Positions 35,737 to 38,216 of a DNA stretch of 38,216 bases are shown here, piece by piece; positions within the stretch are counted from its first letter, which is position 1, and every line of letters begins with the position of its first letter. A program made the translations under genes and the position numbers. The DNA is taken from contig CAZOKM010000004.1 in assembly GCA_964580405.1 (NCBI GenBank), positions 1 to 38,216 of the forward strand. The letters run 5' to 3'. The notes under the pieces were generated by a model, which saw only the letters and a program-made list of their open reading frames with translations, was not told the origin of the DNA and did no database searches. The DNA is from an uncultured Candidatus Bathyarchaeia archaeon. Its GTDB lineage: Archaea > Thermoproteota > Bathyarchaeia > Bathyarchaeales > DTEX01.

Positions 35737-36804
35737 CTAACCGATTTTTTCGGCTTCCCCTACAATAACATCTATTGGGTCCTCAAAGTCCCTAACCATC
35801 TTCTGGACCCTTTCAGCCTGTGCCTTTCTGGTGGCATCCAGATTGTTTAGGGCATAATTGAGCTTTTTTAGTAGTGTGTAAGGATTTTTTTCGAGCGAAA
35901 CCAGTTTGTTTTTAACGAGGTATTTCAGCACCAAGAATGGCTTAGTCGGGTAGCACGAGAAGGTTGGGACGCCCAGCAACGCGGACTCCGCGGTCATGGT
36001 TCCGCCTCCCCCCACGAACGCCGACGAGTAGGAGAGGAGGCTTTGCCCGTCAACCGCGGATTCGCAGACCTTTATCGCGTCGCCGAAGGATTCCACGAAG
36101 GGCCGTTTCTGGTCTTCGTACCTTGGGACAACAACGACCTGAACGCTACTCCCTTTTTCCAAAATCTGCTTAATCAACGTCATGATTGCTGGTTCTGCTT
36201 GGTCCTTGCCTAAAAGGTACGATGCAAAAGCCTCTTCGGTTCTAAAGGTTATTATGGGTCTCGACTGGTCCAGTCCGAGTTGACCGATGATTCGGCGGTC
36301 GGGTTTGAAATCTTTAAGCCACACCCAAGGGTCCAAGGCGTTGTATTGCACGATTTTTTTGGCATCTATTCCGTATTTTGTCCAAGCCTTTTTGGGGATT
36401 ATCTTCGGTGTAAGAAGCCTTTCGGAAAGTGGAACCGTAAGCCTGGCAACCGCTTCCGCGTGGGGAGAATCGTTAACACAAACGTGAGGCACCCCCAACC
36501 CGAATGCGGTCCGAGCCATCTCGGGAGACGAGAACGAAACAGCCACGTCAGGTTTGAACTCATCTATCACGTCTGTTAGTTCGGAGATTCTTTGTGAGCT
36601 GGCTTTCAGTTTGCCAGCTAGGTTTCCTCCGCCGTGTTCTCCAACGACCTTGGCGTCCATCCCCTTCAACGCTAGCAGCTGGTTGACTTCGCGGTATTTC
36701 CTGGTGGTTCTTAGTACTTTATGGCCTCTGCCTTCGAGCTTGGCGGAGAGCCTTGAAAAGAGCATGCATTGTTTTGGGGTGAGGATGTCGATGGCGATTT
36801 TCAT
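35737..36804 (-). CDS. DUF354 family protein (GT-B-like, COG1817)
   Basis: IDILTPKQ, VGEHGG, SFSSPE.AR.AFGLG, ND.PHA, GGGGTM.AESALLGVP. Confidence 0.9.
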   Translation of the reverse strand: MKIAIDILTPKQCMLFSRLSAKLEGRGHKVLRTTRKYREVNQLLALKGMDAKVVGEHGGGNLAGKLKASSQRISELTDVIDEFKPDVAVSFSSPEMARTAFGLGVPHVCVNDSPHAEAVARLTVPLSERLLTPKIIPKKAWTKYGIDAKKIVQYNALDPWVWLKDFKPDRRIIGQLGLDQSRPIITFRTEEAFASYLLGKDQAEPAIMTLIKQILEKGSSVQVVVVPRYEDQKRPFVESFGDAIKVCESAVDGQSLLSYSSAFVGGGGTMTAESALLGVPTFSCYPTKPFLVLKYLVKNKLVSLEKNPYTLLKKLNYALNNLDATRKAQAERVQKMVRDFEDPIDVIVGEAEKIG

Positions 36805-36857
36805 CGTCTACCACTTTTCTGGATAAATCCCATTATTGGAGGGTTGTTCATATAGCC

Positions 36858-37094
36858 TTATTGTTTCCTCATTGCGCGCCAGAACATCTTTTTTACGATT
36901 TCCCTCCACAGCCACAGCCAGAACAGGACCAAGCCCGCGCTGGCGCCGACTTTGAGGGCGCTCGTGAGGAGGCCTTCCGCGATTCCGGGGAGCCGCATGG
37001 GCACGATGACCCCGTCGATCACCCACAACCCGAGTATCATGCATACCCAGACAAATAGAAGGATGAGGACGAAGTCGAGGATTCTGCGAATCAT
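36858..37094 (-). CDS. Small two-TM hypothetical membrane protein
   Basis: Two hydrophobic helices; ATGA overlap with the upstream gene. Confidence 0.72.
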   Translation of the reverse strand: MIRRILDFVLILLFVWVCMILGLWVIDGVIVPMRLPGIAEGLLTSALKVGASAGLVLFWLWLWREIVKKMFWRAMRKQ

Positions 37095-38077
37095 GGTGTC
37101 ACCATAATCAAGTACGCGGTTGCTAACGCGAGGACCCCCGAAATCGTGGCCAAAACGAGGAAAATCTTCGCAGCCTCGTCTTCGCGCAGTGGACCTCGGG
37201 CAAGTACCACCCTCGCAAGGGTTATCGGCGCCGTCGGGTCTTTAGTCGCCATCAGCCTCCCGTCCTCGAGGATTGCCACGGGTCGCGAGACTTCTCTCCT
37301 TTCGTAGAGTCTTCCCATAGACGAAAGCCCGTAGAAGGCGTTCATTATTTGGGGCATCAAGGCGACCAAGGCGACCACCTCGAGCCTGCCGATTATGGCG
37401 ATGGCTCCCAGCGCCGCGCCGATGCTGAGGCTTCCGACGTCGCCGGAGAACACTTTGGCGGGAAACTTGTTGTAAAAGAAGAACACCAGTAGCGGTCCGA
37501 GGAGGCAGAGGCACAGGACAAGGGCTTCGCTTCGCCCGAGCAGGAGCGCCGACAGCAGCATGATGATGGTTATTATGGTGCACGGTCCCGACATTGTTCC
37601 GTTGAACGGGTCCATCATGTTCACGGCGTTGGAGGTCACGGCCATCACGAGGGGCACCAAAAACGGGTAAATGATCGTCATCCGCGTCTGTCCGATGAAC
37701 GGGAAAACCAAGCCAGTCGGATTGTAGGTATGCAGGACAAGTATGGGTAACCCAGCGAACAGTGTGAGGAAGGGCTTAACCTTAGCGTTTAAAGTCTTGA
37801 AATCGTCTACAGCTCCGACTAATCCCGTTATGAGGATGGTTGCGAGAAAACTCATGCTTGTACTGAGTGTTTCCGGCGAAAGCATTACTGCAACTAGGAT
37901 GCTTGCCGTTATGCCTGCTAGGACTACTAAGCCGCCCATTTGCGGGATGAAAGGTTTATCTTTCTTGTGTACGTCTATGCCGCCGATGTGCTTTTCCTTC
38001 ATCTTTTTTATGTGAAATGGCATAACAGCGAGAGACACTGCAAATCCTGCGGCGAAGATTATCGTTTCGTTGAGCAT
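37091..38077 (-). CDS. aglH: UDP-GlcNAc:dolichol-phosphate GlcNAc-1-phosphate transferase (MraY/GPT family, AglH-like)
   Basis: G.DVHK..KP.IP.MGG, GAVDD, NAVNMMDPFNG, YNKFPAKVFSGDVGSL; multi-TM; located in a glycosylation locus. Confidence 0.85.
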   Translation of the reverse strand: MLNETIIFAAGFAVSLAVMPFHIKKMKEKHIGGIDVHKKDKPFIPQMGGLVVLAGITASILVAVMLSPETLSTSMSFLATILITGLVGAVDDFKTLNAKVKPFLTLFAGLPILVLHTYNPTGLVFPFIGQTRMTIIYPFLVPLVMAVTSNAVNMMDPFNGTMSGPCTIITIIMLLSALLLGRSEALVLCLCLLGPLLVFFFYNKFPAKVFSGDVGSLSIGAALGAIAIIGRLEVVALVALMPQIMNAFYGLSSMGRLYERREVSRPVAILEDGRLMATKDPTAPITLARVVLARGPLREDEAAKIFLVLATISGVLALATAYLIMVTP

Positions 38078-38216
38078 TCATTTCGGCGCTTCTAGTTTTC
38101 AGGGGTTCAATTTTGTTTAAGAATGGTAACCTATAAACATATATACGTAATTAAAAAAGCCATAGGGCTTAAGCCCCAAAAAAAATTAATTAAGGACACG
38201 TCGTAAAATATTGCTC

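Noticed and set aside
577-38015. Numerous 60-195 aa ORFs antisense to or overlapping the called genes (e.g. 3496-3993, 12732-13244, 13769-14284, 33722-34309)
   Set aside because: Shadow ORFs of well-supported genes, with no motifs or independent translation signals.
1-38216. tRNA, rRNA or transposase genes
   Set aside because: I saw no cloverleaf/T-loop pattern, rRNA-like segment or DDE/HUH transposase ORF. A covariance-model scan would be needed to exclude small ncRNAs.

Overview
Archaeal chromosomal segment. Gene content (Alba, multi-OB RPA, Rpo12, AglB, DUF2070, Trm112), GGTGA-type SD sites and frequent TTG starts point to a TACK archaeon, most likely Bathyarchaeia (inference). The left half (1-17.9 kb) is mixed housekeeping and hypothetical genes: AMMECR1, M24 peptidase, nitroreductase, DUF1893, a divergent wHTH-MCM-like AAA+ ATPase, a long coiled-coil protein, a sugar-phosphate nucleotidyltransferase, a divergent Sm-fold protein, DUF2070, Alba with a PAKE tail, RPA, a SWIM finger, a metallophosphoesterase, IMPase/FBPase, a stand-alone PriS-like AEP, ahcY and rpo12. 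The right half (18-38 kb) is an N-glycosylation locus around aglB, with aglH, a flippase, glycosyltransferases and amino/uronic-sugar enzymes, interrupted by a Trm5-family/Trm112 pair. The most unusual items are: (i) a non-coding array at 8039-8476 of six ~49-bp units with fixed geometry (12-nt head plus two TTTG-N5-CAAA boxes exactly 24 bp apart, ~60-bp period) next to the Sm-like gene; (ii) the MCM-like ATPase with a PEFND Walker B and a wHTH instead of the MCM N-domain; (iii) a full-length nucleotide-sugar dehydrogenase lacking the catalytic Cys, alongside a truncated paralog that keeps it; (iv) an unannotated 25-aa Lys-rich peptide; (v) probable ATC start codons. I recognised no rRNA, tRNA, CRISPR array, transposase or integrase. 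All calls are from motif reading by eye; no searches were run.
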